A stretch of DNA of 32,000 bases. Origin: Candidatus Electrothrix sp. GW3-4. GTDB lineage: Bacteria > Desulfobacterota > Desulfobulbia > Desulfobulbales > Desulfobulbaceae. The notes beneath the pieces were generated by a model that had not been told where the DNA came from, did no database searches, and saw nothing but the letters and a program-made list of their open reading frames with translations. Positions 17,290-26,229 of this stretch are shown one piece after another. The stretch's first letter is position 1. Each line of letters begins with the position of its first letter. A program made the position numbers and the translations under genes. The stretch lies in the NCBI RefSeq assembly GCF_037902255.1, contig NZ_CP147990.1, positions 2,130,001-2,162,000 of the forward strand, in the 5' to 3' direction.

Positions 17290-18629
17290 GAATTCTTTAC
17301 CTACAGCAGTATCTGGGAGGAGATGAGCTCTTGGTGATGCCCATTGGGCTGCTCTATATTGCCACCGCTGCATCTGCTCATGAGGCAAAACTCTTTGACA
17401 TGAATGCAGCAAAAAATCCTTACCAGGAGCTTGATGAAATACTTCGAGAATATGATCCGCACGTTATCGCTCTTTCTTTGAGAAATATCGATAGCCAGCA
17501 GCGCATGGACCTGAAATATTATTATCTGGAGCTGCCTAAAACCTTACAGCTTGTCAAAACAGTGAAGCCCGAGGTGTTCCTTGTGGTGGGCGGTGCAGGT
17601 TTTTCCATGTTTGCCAAGACGATTATGCAGCGCCACCGCGAAATCGACTTTGGTATCTATCTTGAGGGAGAAACAGCCTTTCCAGCTCTCCTTGAAAATC
17701 TGCAGACGCCCCATAAGGTGTCTAATTTGTATTATCGCAAAGGAAGCGAGCTGAAAGTTACTGAGCGCGGCCCGCTTATTGATTTAGAAACGTTACCTAT
17801 CCCCCGTAAGGATATCATCCCTGATATCAAAATCTACGAAACAGGAAAAGGCGGGATAGGGGTGAATACAAAACGCGGCTGCCCCTGCCGGTGCAGTTAT
17901 TGTAATTATTATTTGCTCAATGGTCTGAAAGTAAGAATGCGTCCCCCTGTTCAGGTAGTGGATGAAATAGAAGAATTGGTAAACAAATACGGCATGAAAG
18001 AGTTTATGTTTGCCGACGGAATGTTCAGTAGCCCTTTCAGGCATGCCAAGGAAATATGCGAGGAGATGAAGGGCCGGGAAATAAAAGTACAATGGGATGC
18101 CTGGTGTGATATACGAGATATCAACGAGGAGTTTATCGACATAGTCAGCGCGGCAGGGTGCCGTTCTCTAATCATCTCACCGGATGCCTACAGCAATTCT
18201 GCCCTGGAGGGGTTGAACAAGAAGATAACCACTCGTCAGGTACGCAGGGCTATCAAACTCCTCATGCACCGATCCAATCTCAGAATAGGATTTTGTTTCT
18301 TTCAGGCCTCGCCAGGGGAGACATTCTGGGGTTATCTGCAAACGTTATTTTATTATATAAACAGCATCATATCTATCACACTCAGGGGAAGAGGTGGATG
18401 TGGTTTTTCCTGGATCAGGATAGAACCTGATACCCAAATACGGAAAACAGCTGTTCGTGACGGCACGATTACCGAGGAAACCGAACTCTTGCCAGAGGAT
18501 ATAGAAAGTTTACAGAAACTTTTTTATGTCAAACCCTCTCTTCGCTTTATTGATCCGCTTTCGCGAATGATTGTCAGCAGCGTAAGTCTAATAAAAGGCA
18601 TAATCGGTCGCAAAAGACATAAAAGGTAA
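17286..18629 (+). CDS. B12-binding domain radical SAM protein (1 of 2)
   Basis: N-terminal Rossmann-like B12-binding region (PIGLLYIATAA...YDPHVIALSLRN). Radical SAM CX3CX2C in KRGCPCRCSYCNY. Confidence 0.85.
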   Translation: MRILYLQQYLGGDELLVMPIGLLYIATAASAHEAKLFDMNAAKNPYQELDEILREYDPHVIALSLRNIDSQQRMDLKYYYLELPKTLQLVKTVKPEVFLVVGGAGFSMFAKTIMQRHREIDFGIYLEGETAFPALLENLQTPHKVSNLYYRKGSELKVTERGPLIDLETLPIPRKDIIPDIKIYETGKGGIGVNTKRGCPCRCSYCNYYLLNGLKVRMRPPVQVVDEIEELVNKYGMKEFMFADGMFSSPFRHAKEICEEMKGREIKVQWDAWCDIRDINEEFIDIVSAAGCRSLIISPDAYSNSALEGLNKKITTRQVRRAIKLLMHRSNLRIGFCFFQASPGETFWGYLQTLFYYINSIISITLRGRGGCGFSWIRIEPDTQIRKTAVRDGTITEETELLPEDIESLQKLFYVKPSLRFIDPLSRMIVSSVSLIKGIIGRKRHKR

Positions 18630-18633
18630 TATT

Positions 18634-20235
18634 TTGAAATTATACGTTATAGGTATTGACGGAGCCACCTATCGGGTGATACAGCCTCTGCTTGCGGCAG
18701 GAAAATTACCTCATATCCAACGAATAATGAGTGAAGGCGGGAGCGGGCGTCTCATGTCCACGGTTCCACCACTCTCACCGGTAGCATGGACAACTATCAC
18801 GACAGGAGCTAAACCATCTTCGCATGGGATTACCGAATTCTTGGCGCACGATAAAACGACCAAAAATAACTTTCTCTTTGACGCAAGTCATCGCAAAGTT
18901 GATCCCATATGGACTGTTGCCGGGAGCGTAGGCAAACGATCATGTGTAATCAATGTACCGCTTACTTATCCGGTAGACCACCTGAATGGTTTCATGATTT
19001 CCGGCCTCGGGACCCCTCCCACCCAGAATGGGCATGCCTACCCAATGGAAGATTTTGAAGAAATGAAACAAGCCATTGGAAGATATGATATCGATATAAA
19101 CTTCCTGAAAAACAAAAAAAAGACCAAGATTGCCGAGTCACTGCGACAAGTCACCCAGGGCCGGCGTAGGTGTTTCAATTTTCTTCTCGACAGAGAGCCT
19201 TGGGATCTCTTTTTCTTCGTTTTTACCAATACAGACCGGGCGCAACATTTTTTCTGGCAGGAATATGAGGAAACAAATGGTCCTCTTGCTGATATGATTC
19301 CGTATTGCTACCAGGAGGCTGACCGTGCTGTGGGGCAGGTCATGGAAAGGGCCGAAGCTGAGGAAGGCATGGTCATGATTGTTTCGGACCACGGATTCGG
19401 ACCATTGAATAACAGTTTCTCACTGAGTAATTGGCTCCATGACAAAGGACTGCTCACCTCAACCGGAACAAAGGTGCGGGAAAATCCACTGAAAAAGACA
19501 GCGAAAAAAATAATTCCAGACCAACTTATCAAGGTACTCCTCAGCACAATTTTCAAGAATCGTTGGAAATTCACTGGTCCTTCCGCAGATCTGGACAAGT
19601 GGATTGACTGGGAAAAAACAAAAATCTATTCACACAAGAAAATTGATACGGTATTTTTGTTCACAAATGATGAAGCCTTTTCCAATGCAGCGGAAAGGGC
19701 AGCGGTCATCCGACAGCTCCGCAAGGATATGCTTGCAGTAACAGATCCCTCTACAGGAGAAAATATCATCCTGGATCTTGTTGACGGAAACCTGCTCTTT
19801 GGAGAGGATAAGGCTACTACTCCAGATCTAGTCCTTATCCCTGCTAACGGCTATAATTTCAGTTTTGATAGCCAGGATATTGAACGGGAAAATCCTTTCG
19901 TGGGTATCCCCAGATTATGGTCGGGAAATCACGAATCCGAAGGGGTATTCATGGCATGGGGGAAACATATCAATGCGGGTACGGAATACGGCGAACTGTC
20001 CATTATGGATGTCATGCCCACCATGTGTTATATCTTGGACCTGCCTATTCCCTCGTGGGCGGAAGGTAAGGTGGTCAGACAGGCGTTTAGCGAGTCTTTC
20101 CTCGATACTCGCAAGGAGAGGCGTGAGTCCCCTCCTTCCGATGCTAATTTCCGAGACAGTGCATCTGCCGGAGCCATGAACGAGGTTGAATCTGAGGAAG
20201 TGATCAAGCGGCTTAAGGCGCTGGGTTACCTTTAA
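18634..20235 (+). CDS. Alkaline-phosphatase-superfamily protein, nucleotide pyrophosphatase/phosphodiesterase-like; no signal peptide
   Basis: VIGIDGATYRVIQPLLAAGKLPHI (metal-site D), VPPLSPVAWTTITTGAKPSSHGI (nucleophile region) and MIVSDHGFGP. It lacks a sulfatase C/SxPxR motif. TTG start 4 nt after the previous stop. Confidence 0.7.
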   Translation: MKLYVIGIDGATYRVIQPLLAAGKLPHIQRIMSEGGSGRLMSTVPPLSPVAWTTITTGAKPSSHGITEFLAHDKTTKNNFLFDASHRKVDPIWTVAGSVGKRSCVINVPLTYPVDHLNGFMISGLGTPPTQNGHAYPMEDFEEMKQAIGRYDIDINFLKNKKKTKIAESLRQVTQGRRRCFNFLLDREPWDLFFFVFTNTDRAQHFFWQEYEETNGPLADMIPYCYQEADRAVGQVMERAEAEEGMVMIVSDHGFGPLNNSFSLSNWLHDKGLLTSTGTKVRENPLKKTAKKIIPDQLIKVLLSTIFKNRWKFTGPSADLDKWIDWEKTKIYSHKKIDTVFLFTNDEAFSNAAERAAVIRQLRKDMLAVTDPSTGENIILDLVDGNLLFGEDKATTPDLVLIPANGYNFSFDSQDIERENPFVGIPRLWSGNHESEGVFMAWGKHINAGTEYGELSIMDVMPTMCYILDLPIPSWAEGKVVRQAFSESFLDTRKERRESPPSDANFRDSASAGAMNEVESEEVIKRLKALGYL

Positions 20236-20319
20236 CCTGCACATAAAAATTTATAGTCAAATTAATCAAATAAGATACATACACGCAAACATTATTCTCG
20301 TTTATACCTTGAGGCATTA

Positions 20320-22485
20320 ATGGAATTACGGATTCTCCTAAAAATACTGCATCGCCGTCGGGCCGTTCTTGCCTTGGTGTTAATTTCTTTTCTCCTGCTG
20401 GTGACCCTTATTACCCTGTTGGCTCCTGAAAGTTATGAAGCTACGGCTAAAATATCTGTTGAAAAAACAGATAAGATCAACGCCGTTATGACCGGTCTCG
20501 GCCTTCAGGGGATTGTACTGGATACTCGAGTCGATGATAGCGTGAGTTTTGATACTGATGTTGAACTGCTCATGATACGCCCGCTTGTGGAAGGGCTTAT
20601 CGTTAATATGGACCTGCGTGACAGCGATGACGAATATTTTAAAGTTGATGAATTCCTTGAAGGCGGTCTGAAAAACAAAATCAAAGGTAGTCCGTCCATT
20701 GACATTAAACAGTACAACGACACCGCTCTGGTAAGCATTGCAGCGAGTTCCACTGTCCCGGAGCAAGCAGCGGAGATAGCCAACCGTTTAGCAAGGATGT
20801 ATAAAGATGAGCGCATCATGCGCATGAAAGCAGATTTTGGTGAAGTAAAAGATAATATCAACAGCAGCCTGGACCGCATACGTGAAAATTACTACCGAAC
20901 ACTTCGCGATTATGAAATATTTATGGAGCGAATTGGCTTGGGAAAAATAAGCACCGCTCTTACAAACCTGCTTGACCAAATATCTGACCTTGAAAAACAG
21001 CGGTCTGAATACCAGCGAACTATTGCCTCACTTGGCAAAACGATAGAAGTCTCCAAAAAAGAGCTTGGAAAGACAAAAAAATTATGGGAATCGTCACATG
21101 AGTTGGGACAGAACGCTGTAATGACCGACCTGAGAGAAAAGTTAACCGGGCTTTCTGTGGAACTCGCCGGTCTTGGCATTACCGTGACGAAGAATCATCC
21201 TGACCATAAGAGTCTTACTGCACAGCTTGATGAGATTACAGCACTCCTCAAAAATGAACCGACGTTTTCCATCAGCAGGAAGCAGTTTACCTTAAACCCC
21301 ATTTACAACTCACTCTACCAATCCATATCAGAGAATATCATTAAACTCAAAGGGACATTGGTGCTGCTGAAGACCGTCGAGCAACAGCTGGATGAATACA
21401 AGGCAAAGCTTCTCCAGTTGCCAGCGCTCCAGACAGAAAACACCAAATTGAATATGGAGTTAACCGCTCAATCGACCATTTACTCCACATTATTACAGTA
21501 TGCGATGGAGATCAGTTTAGCAGAAACGGCAGCTGTGTCAAAAATTCGTCTAGTGGAACCTGCAAAGACACCTGACATTGATGAGCCTGATTTCCCAACA
21601 AAAGAGGTCAATTTTATTCTGGGAGTTATTTTTGGTACATTTTTCGCTGTCGGAACCGCTTTAGTGATTGACTATGCTGATGATAACGTGCATGAAGCCC
21701 AAGTGCTACACCATCTGAGCGATAAACCATATTTAGGATCCCTGCCATACGCCCCTTCCCTGCGCCCTAAAACCATCTTGCAATCATCGACAAGGGTTAC
21801 TGAGCATCTACGCAGTATGAGAGATACTCTTCTTTTTGAAAACGCAAACCAGCAAGCAGGCGGGCTTTTTGTCATTACCTCGGCAACTGAGCGAGGCGGC
21901 ACCAGTACTGTGGCGACAGGCCTTGCCAAAACCTTCGCAGAACGATGCGGCGAAACCCTACTGGTGGACCTAAACCTGCGTTCTCCTTCTCTCGGCGGTC
22001 TAACAGGTCAAAACAAACGCTCCCTCGTAACAGGAGTAGCCGAAGCATTGGCTAATAACGGCATTGTGACAGAGGACAGCTTCCAAAATTCTTCTCTTGA
22101 AGGGCTGACGATACTCCTTGCTGGCAAGCCATCTGCTGAAACGGAAAAGCTGCTGGACACTCCGGCCCTTGCAATTCTGCTCAATAATCTACGCCAGCAA
22201 TTTCGGTACGTAATTATCGACACTCCGTCTCCTGCCTTTTATCATGACGCCGTACTCATTGCCCAGGAAGCCGATGCGGTGGTGCTGGTGGTTCGCGCCG
22301 CAGAAATAACTGGCGCCGCAGTTGTGCATTATCTTGAAAAATTGAGAATAATAGGAGACCCTATAATCGGAACTGTTCTGAATGGCGAAGGGTACAGCCT
22401 GTCTCTGCATCGCCTCCCCTGGATAACGGTGATGTTTGCGAAAGAGCAGCTGCTACGGCAATACCGCCGTTATAAGCGCACCTGA
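20320..22485 (+). CDS. Wzc/GumC-like polysaccharide co-polymerase with a C-terminal BY-kinase-like domain (degenerate P-loop)
   Basis: Wzz-type N-terminus with TM1 (AVLALVLISFLLLVTLITLLAPESYEA), a long coiled-coil periplasmic region and TM2 (FILGVIFGTFFAVGTALVIDY). The C-terminal domain reads ITSATERGGTSTVATGLA...LLVDLNLRSP...VIIDTPSP. Confidence 0.8.
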   Translation: MELRILLKILHRRRAVLALVLISFLLLVTLITLLAPESYEATAKISVEKTDKINAVMTGLGLQGIVLDTRVDDSVSFDTDVELLMIRPLVEGLIVNMDLRDSDDEYFKVDEFLEGGLKNKIKGSPSIDIKQYNDTALVSIAASSTVPEQAAEIANRLARMYKDERIMRMKADFGEVKDNINSSLDRIRENYYRTLRDYEIFMERIGLGKISTALTNLLDQISDLEKQRSEYQRTIASLGKTIEVSKKELGKTKKLWESSHELGQNAVMTDLREKLTGLSVELAGLGITVTKNHPDHKSLTAQLDEITALLKNEPTFSISRKQFTLNPIYNSLYQSISENIIKLKGTLVLLKTVEQQLDEYKAKLLQLPALQTENTKLNMELTAQSTIYSTLLQYAMEISLAETAAVSKIRLVEPAKTPDIDEPDFPTKEVNFILGVIFGTFFAVGTALVIDYADDNVHEAQVLHHLSDKPYLGSLPYAPSLRPKTILQSSTRVTEHLRSMRDTLLFENANQQAGGLFVITSATERGGTSTVATGLAKTFAERCGETLLVDLNLRSPSLGGLTGQNKRSLVTGVAEALANNGIVTEDSFQNSSLEGLTILLAGKPSAETEKLLDTPALAILLNNLRQQFRYVIIDTPSPAFYHDAVLIAQEADAVVLVVRAAEITGAAVVHYLEKLRIIGDPIIGTVLNGEGYSLSLHRLPWITVMFAKEQLLRQYRRYKRT

Positions 22486-22740
22486 AGTAACTTTAAATTT
22501 TTCTATTTATAACGGATTCTATTGATACCCGGAATTACCGCTTATAGAAGCAGATACGAGCACATTGTTCAGAGCCACATGTCATCATATTGTTTCCCGT
22601 TCAGAGGTTCCGCCAGCAAATTTTCCCGTTGTGTTTTTTGATAGTCGCAGGAGAGGAAGGGTAAAAGTTCCCTTTCTGTCCCGGCTTAAGTTGGTAGCCT
22701 TCTTATTGACCTAATAATGATAAGTAACGGAAGAATTAAA

Positions 22741-23898
22741 ATGTATTGTTTTGCAACACCACTAAAAAAATGGAAATTGTTCTTCTCGAGCTTTCTTGTG
22801 TGTACAATCTTCTTTTTCCCGTTATTCCAGTGCCACGCTTCTTCCGATAAGCTGACAATTTATGATCAAGATAAAACCTACCCGGGGTACACTCTATTTT
22901 ACTCATTTCTTGATGAACGGGTGGTGTTATTAGATATGCAAGGTAATGTGGTGTATACGTGGAATCTGCCGATTGGAGGAAATCCAAAACCGTTGCCCAA
23001 TGGAAATATATTGACGCATGTTCCGGTAGGTACAGGAGGAAATGCCCTTGTAGAGGTAGATTGGAATGAGAGTATTGTCTGGAGTTTTAATAATAAAAAC
23101 TTTTCTTTTTTGCATCATGACCAAGAGAAATTAAGAAACGGGAATTACCTCGTGTTAGGTTCCAGATTTCATAATGTCCCGTCAATAAAACAAGATATAC
23201 TTCGAGATGATTTTATTTTAGAGATTAATCGTCGAGGAAATATTGTTTGGGGATGGCTCACCTCTGATCATTTCGCTTCATTTGACTTCTCAGATGAAGC
23301 GCTGCAATTAATTTGGGAAGGCACGCGGTACGATGAAAATAATGTTGATACCTTTCATTCTAACTCTATTCAGAGTTTGCCGGAAAACAAATGGTACGAT
23401 CAAGGGGATACTCGTTTCAAACCGGGAAATATCCTGGTAAGCCAAAGAAATACGAATATTGTTTTTATCATCGAAAAGGAATCTGGAGAAATAGTTTGGA
23501 AAATCGGTCCAAATGATAACCTGACCATAGGTCAACATAATGCAAACATGATCCCACGGGGGTATCCGGGAGCAGGAAATATTTTAATTTTTGATAATGG
23601 AGGGATAGGTGGATATCCTCTTCAACGAAGGGCCATGTCTAGGATAATTGAAGTTAATGCTGATAAGACTATTGAATGGGAATATACAGCTTCTGACAGC
23701 GAACAACCTGATGTACACTTTTTTAGTATGTATATGGGCAGTGCTCAAAGACTCCCAAATGGCAATACCTTGATTTGCGCGGCAATGAATGGAAAATTGT
23801 TTGAAGTAACCAGAAGAGGGGAAATAGTTTGGGAATATTTGCATAATGATCCCATTTATAGAGCTTATAGGGTCAGCTTAAACTGGTGGCCGCACTGA
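22741..23898 (+). CDS. Secreted beta-propeller protein, arylsulfate sulfotransferase (ASST / Arylsulfotran_2)-like
   Basis: Signal peptide (KLFFSSFLVCTIFFFPLFQCHASS). Pattern FLHHDQEKLRNGNYLV, DTFHSNSIQSL, GNILVSQRNTNIVFIIEKESGEIVWKIG, QHNANMIP...GNILIFDNG and LPNGNTLICAAMNGKLFEV. The ORF opens at ATG 22717, but ATG 22741 has a GGAAG RBS 7 nt upstream. Confidence 0.6.
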   Translation: MYCFATPLKKWKLFFSSFLVCTIFFFPLFQCHASSDKLTIYDQDKTYPGYTLFYSFLDERVVLLDMQGNVVYTWNLPIGGNPKPLPNGNILTHVPVGTGGNALVEVDWNESIVWSFNNKNFSFLHHDQEKLRNGNYLVLGSRFHNVPSIKQDILRDDFILEINRRGNIVWGWLTSDHFASFDFSDEALQLIWEGTRYDENNVDTFHSNSIQSLPENKWYDQGDTRFKPGNILVSQRNTNIVFIIEKESGEIVWKIGPNDNLTIGQHNANMIPRGYPGAGNILIFDNGGIGGYPLQRRAMSRIIEVNADKTIEWEYTASDSEQPDVHFFSMYMGSAQRLPNGNTLICAAMNGKLFEVTRRGEIVWEYLHNDPIYRAYRVSLNWWPH

Positions 23899-23948
23899 CA
23901 CCTTAGTATCTTATTAATATATCAGGCCCTAATCGGGTTATAGTGCAA

Positions 23949-25469
23949 ATGGAGCAAGTATCAAAATTAACATACTCACCTCTTCGGTCAGCCTTATGGC
24001 TACCCGCAGGAGCGGTACTGCTCTTTCTTTCCGCAGTCCTAACGGTTTTCACACCGTGGTATATTTCTACGGTCGTATTTGTCTGCACCCTGTTAAGTTT
24101 AATAATTTTATTTAAGCCTTCCTGGGGATTATACCTGCTTGTCCTCCTGGTACCGGCAACTCCTTTTTCTATCGGGTTTATCATTGTCGCACCCTGGAAT
24201 TACGAGATAGCGACCAGATATGCCGATATAATTCCCTTTTTCACCCCTCTTGTTCCCCTCACTGTTGCGGGCCTGTTGTTTATTAAATTTTCCCGGTTGG
24301 AACAGGTGAGTTTTCGTGATCCGCTGCTCCTTATCTCTTTGTTACTTCTGGGCTATGCAGGGATAAGCCTAAACTGGAGTGCTAACCCCGAACATTCAGT
24401 GTTTGAATTTTTTCATTTTCTGATCAATGTTCTCCTCTATCTGAGTATAGTGGCCCTGATCGACGATAAAAAAAAGTACCGGATCCTCATGTGGACCTGG
24501 ATCATTTCCATAACTGTCCAGGGTATAATAGCAATGGCTCTTTTCGCGTATGAAAGCGTTATTGTCAGCCATCACCTGCTGCCTACCTTCCTTTTCCACT
24601 TCAGGATGTACGGGGATATGCTTTTACCTAATGGGGCACCAAATCCTGCTGCCGGGCTGCAGGATTTTCATGAGACCTCGCTGCTGACCAATATGGCGGC
24701 TGCTTTATGTTTTGGCATGTTGTTCACTGTGCCGAAACGAAGCAAGAAATTTGCGCTGCTTGCTCTCCTCTTCCTGTTTCTTCTTTTTATCAGTATGCGC
24801 ACAGAAAGTCGTGCAGGTATCGGCGCTATGCTAGTTATGCTGATGGCCTTGGCATTACTGATTCCTCCTCTGAAATATCGTCAAGTTAGAACTTCTGTAC
24901 TTTTTATAGTATGTGCCGGTTCTCTCTACGCCGCCACTCACCTCTATCTTTATACAATGACCGAGGTTGACCAGAAACCACGTATGGTTTTTATCATTGA
25001 AGAAATTCTTGGTGGTGGCAAGCTCATCGACACTGGTCATAAAAAAAAAGAAAGCGGCAGAATGTATATGTATAAACGGGCATTCCGTACTTTTTTTTCC
25101 AACCAACCTCAAAGAGGTCTGGGGATCGGAAATTTGAAATACCTCGTCCTCCTCCCTCATGCCCATAGTTTATATTTTTCTCTGATCTTGGATTTCGGGC
25201 TAGCGGGCCTTCTCTTTCTGGCTGCACTTGTCTACATACTGCTTCAACGGCTCTATCTGATTATAAAATTACCAGACAGTCCCAATCGAACCATGGCCTT
25301 GGCTGCCACCTCCGGTCTAATAGGGGCTGCTACTCATTGTCTCGTGGATTTTGAATATCTTTACACCTCGCTGTGGCTTTTCCTGGGGCTTGTCATGACA
25401 AGCTATAATATGGCGTTATCTGTAGATGTAGATAAACAGACTACAGATAGAAATCTCCTTCCTTCCTAA
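23949..25469 (+). CDS. O-antigen ligase/polymerase family (Wzy_C-like) polytopic membrane protein
   Basis: About 12 TM helices. The central loop MRTESRAGIGAMLVMLMALALL fits the Wzy_C pattern. The ORF opens at GTG 23943; the first ATG is 23949. Confidence 0.65.
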   Translation: MEQVSKLTYSPLRSALWLPAGAVLLFLSAVLTVFTPWYISTVVFVCTLLSLIILFKPSWGLYLLVLLVPATPFSIGFIIVAPWNYEIATRYADIIPFFTPLVPLTVAGLLFIKFSRLEQVSFRDPLLLISLLLLGYAGISLNWSANPEHSVFEFFHFLINVLLYLSIVALIDDKKKYRILMWTWIISITVQGIIAMALFAYESVIVSHHLLPTFLFHFRMYGDMLLPNGAPNPAAGLQDFHETSLLTNMAAALCFGMLFTVPKRSKKFALLALLFLFLLFISMRTESRAGIGAMLVMLMALALLIPPLKYRQVRTSVLFIVCAGSLYAATHLYLYTMTEVDQKPRMVFIIEEILGGGKLIDTGHKKKESGRMYMYKRAFRTFFSNQPQRGLGIGNLKYLVLLPHAHSLYFSLILDFGLAGLLFLAALVYILLQRLYLIIKLPDSPNRTMALAATSGLIGAATHCLVDFEYLYTSLWLFLGLVMTSYNMALSVDVDKQTTDRNLLPS

Positions 25470-25473
25470 AAAT

Positions 25474-26103
25474 ATGCTCCCTACTTTTATAAAAAAACTT
25501 TTCAGCCCTTCTTCCAAAAAACAACAAAGAGAGTTCATCACCGTTGTGTCAGGCCTGCCCCGTTCCGGCACCTCTATGATGATGAACATACTCGAAGCTG
25601 GCGGAATTCCAGCAATAACAGATCACCAGAGAGCGGCAGACATTGACAATCCTAAGGGATATTATGAATATGAACAGGTCAAAGAGCTTCCAAACGGAGA
25701 GACCAAATGGCTGAACAACGCCAATGGCAGAGCAGTAAAAATCATCTCATCCCTCTTGCAACATCTACCGGAGCCCTACCAATACCGAATCATTATTATG
25801 GAACGAAAAATTGAGGAAGTCCTGATATCACAAAAAAAAATGTTAGAGCGACGTAACGAGATCTCTGACAATGTAAGTGATGAAGAGTTGACGACGCTCT
25901 TTCATGACCACCTCCACCAAACTGAAGATTGGTTACAGAAACATCATCATCATGTTTCCTGTCTCAGAGTAAGCTATAATACCGTCCTTAAAAACCCAGA
26001 GGTCATCAGCAGGCAAATTAACAGGTTTCTCGGAGGTGGCCTTGATGTCAGGGCCATGACATCCGTTATCGACCCTGCTCTCTACCGTAACAAAAAAACA
26101 TGA
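25474..26103 (+). CDS. PAPS-type sulfotransferase family protein (small, cytoplasmic)
   Basis: 5'-PSB loop VVSGLPRSGTSMMMN, and a downstream RIIIMERKIEEVLIS segment resembling the 3'-PB region. Starts 4 nt after the Wzy-like stop. Confidence 0.65.
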   Translation: MLPTFIKKLFSPSSKKQQREFITVVSGLPRSGTSMMMNILEAGGIPAITDHQRAADIDNPKGYYEYEQVKELPNGETKWLNNANGRAVKIISSLLQHLPEPYQYRIIIMERKIEEVLISQKKMLERRNEISDNVSDEELTTLFHDHLHQTEDWLQKHHHHVSCLRVSYNTVLKNPEVISRQINRFLGGGLDVRAMTSVIDPALYRNKKT

Positions 26104-26229
26104 GCACTCCTTGAAACTCTTTGCCAGCTTTTTCATCCCTGTACATTTTACTGATATTAATAGCTTCTTACTAAGAAAAGAAAATTAAATTCTTCCTTTT
26201 AGACAATTTTATTTATATACCTGGAGGAC

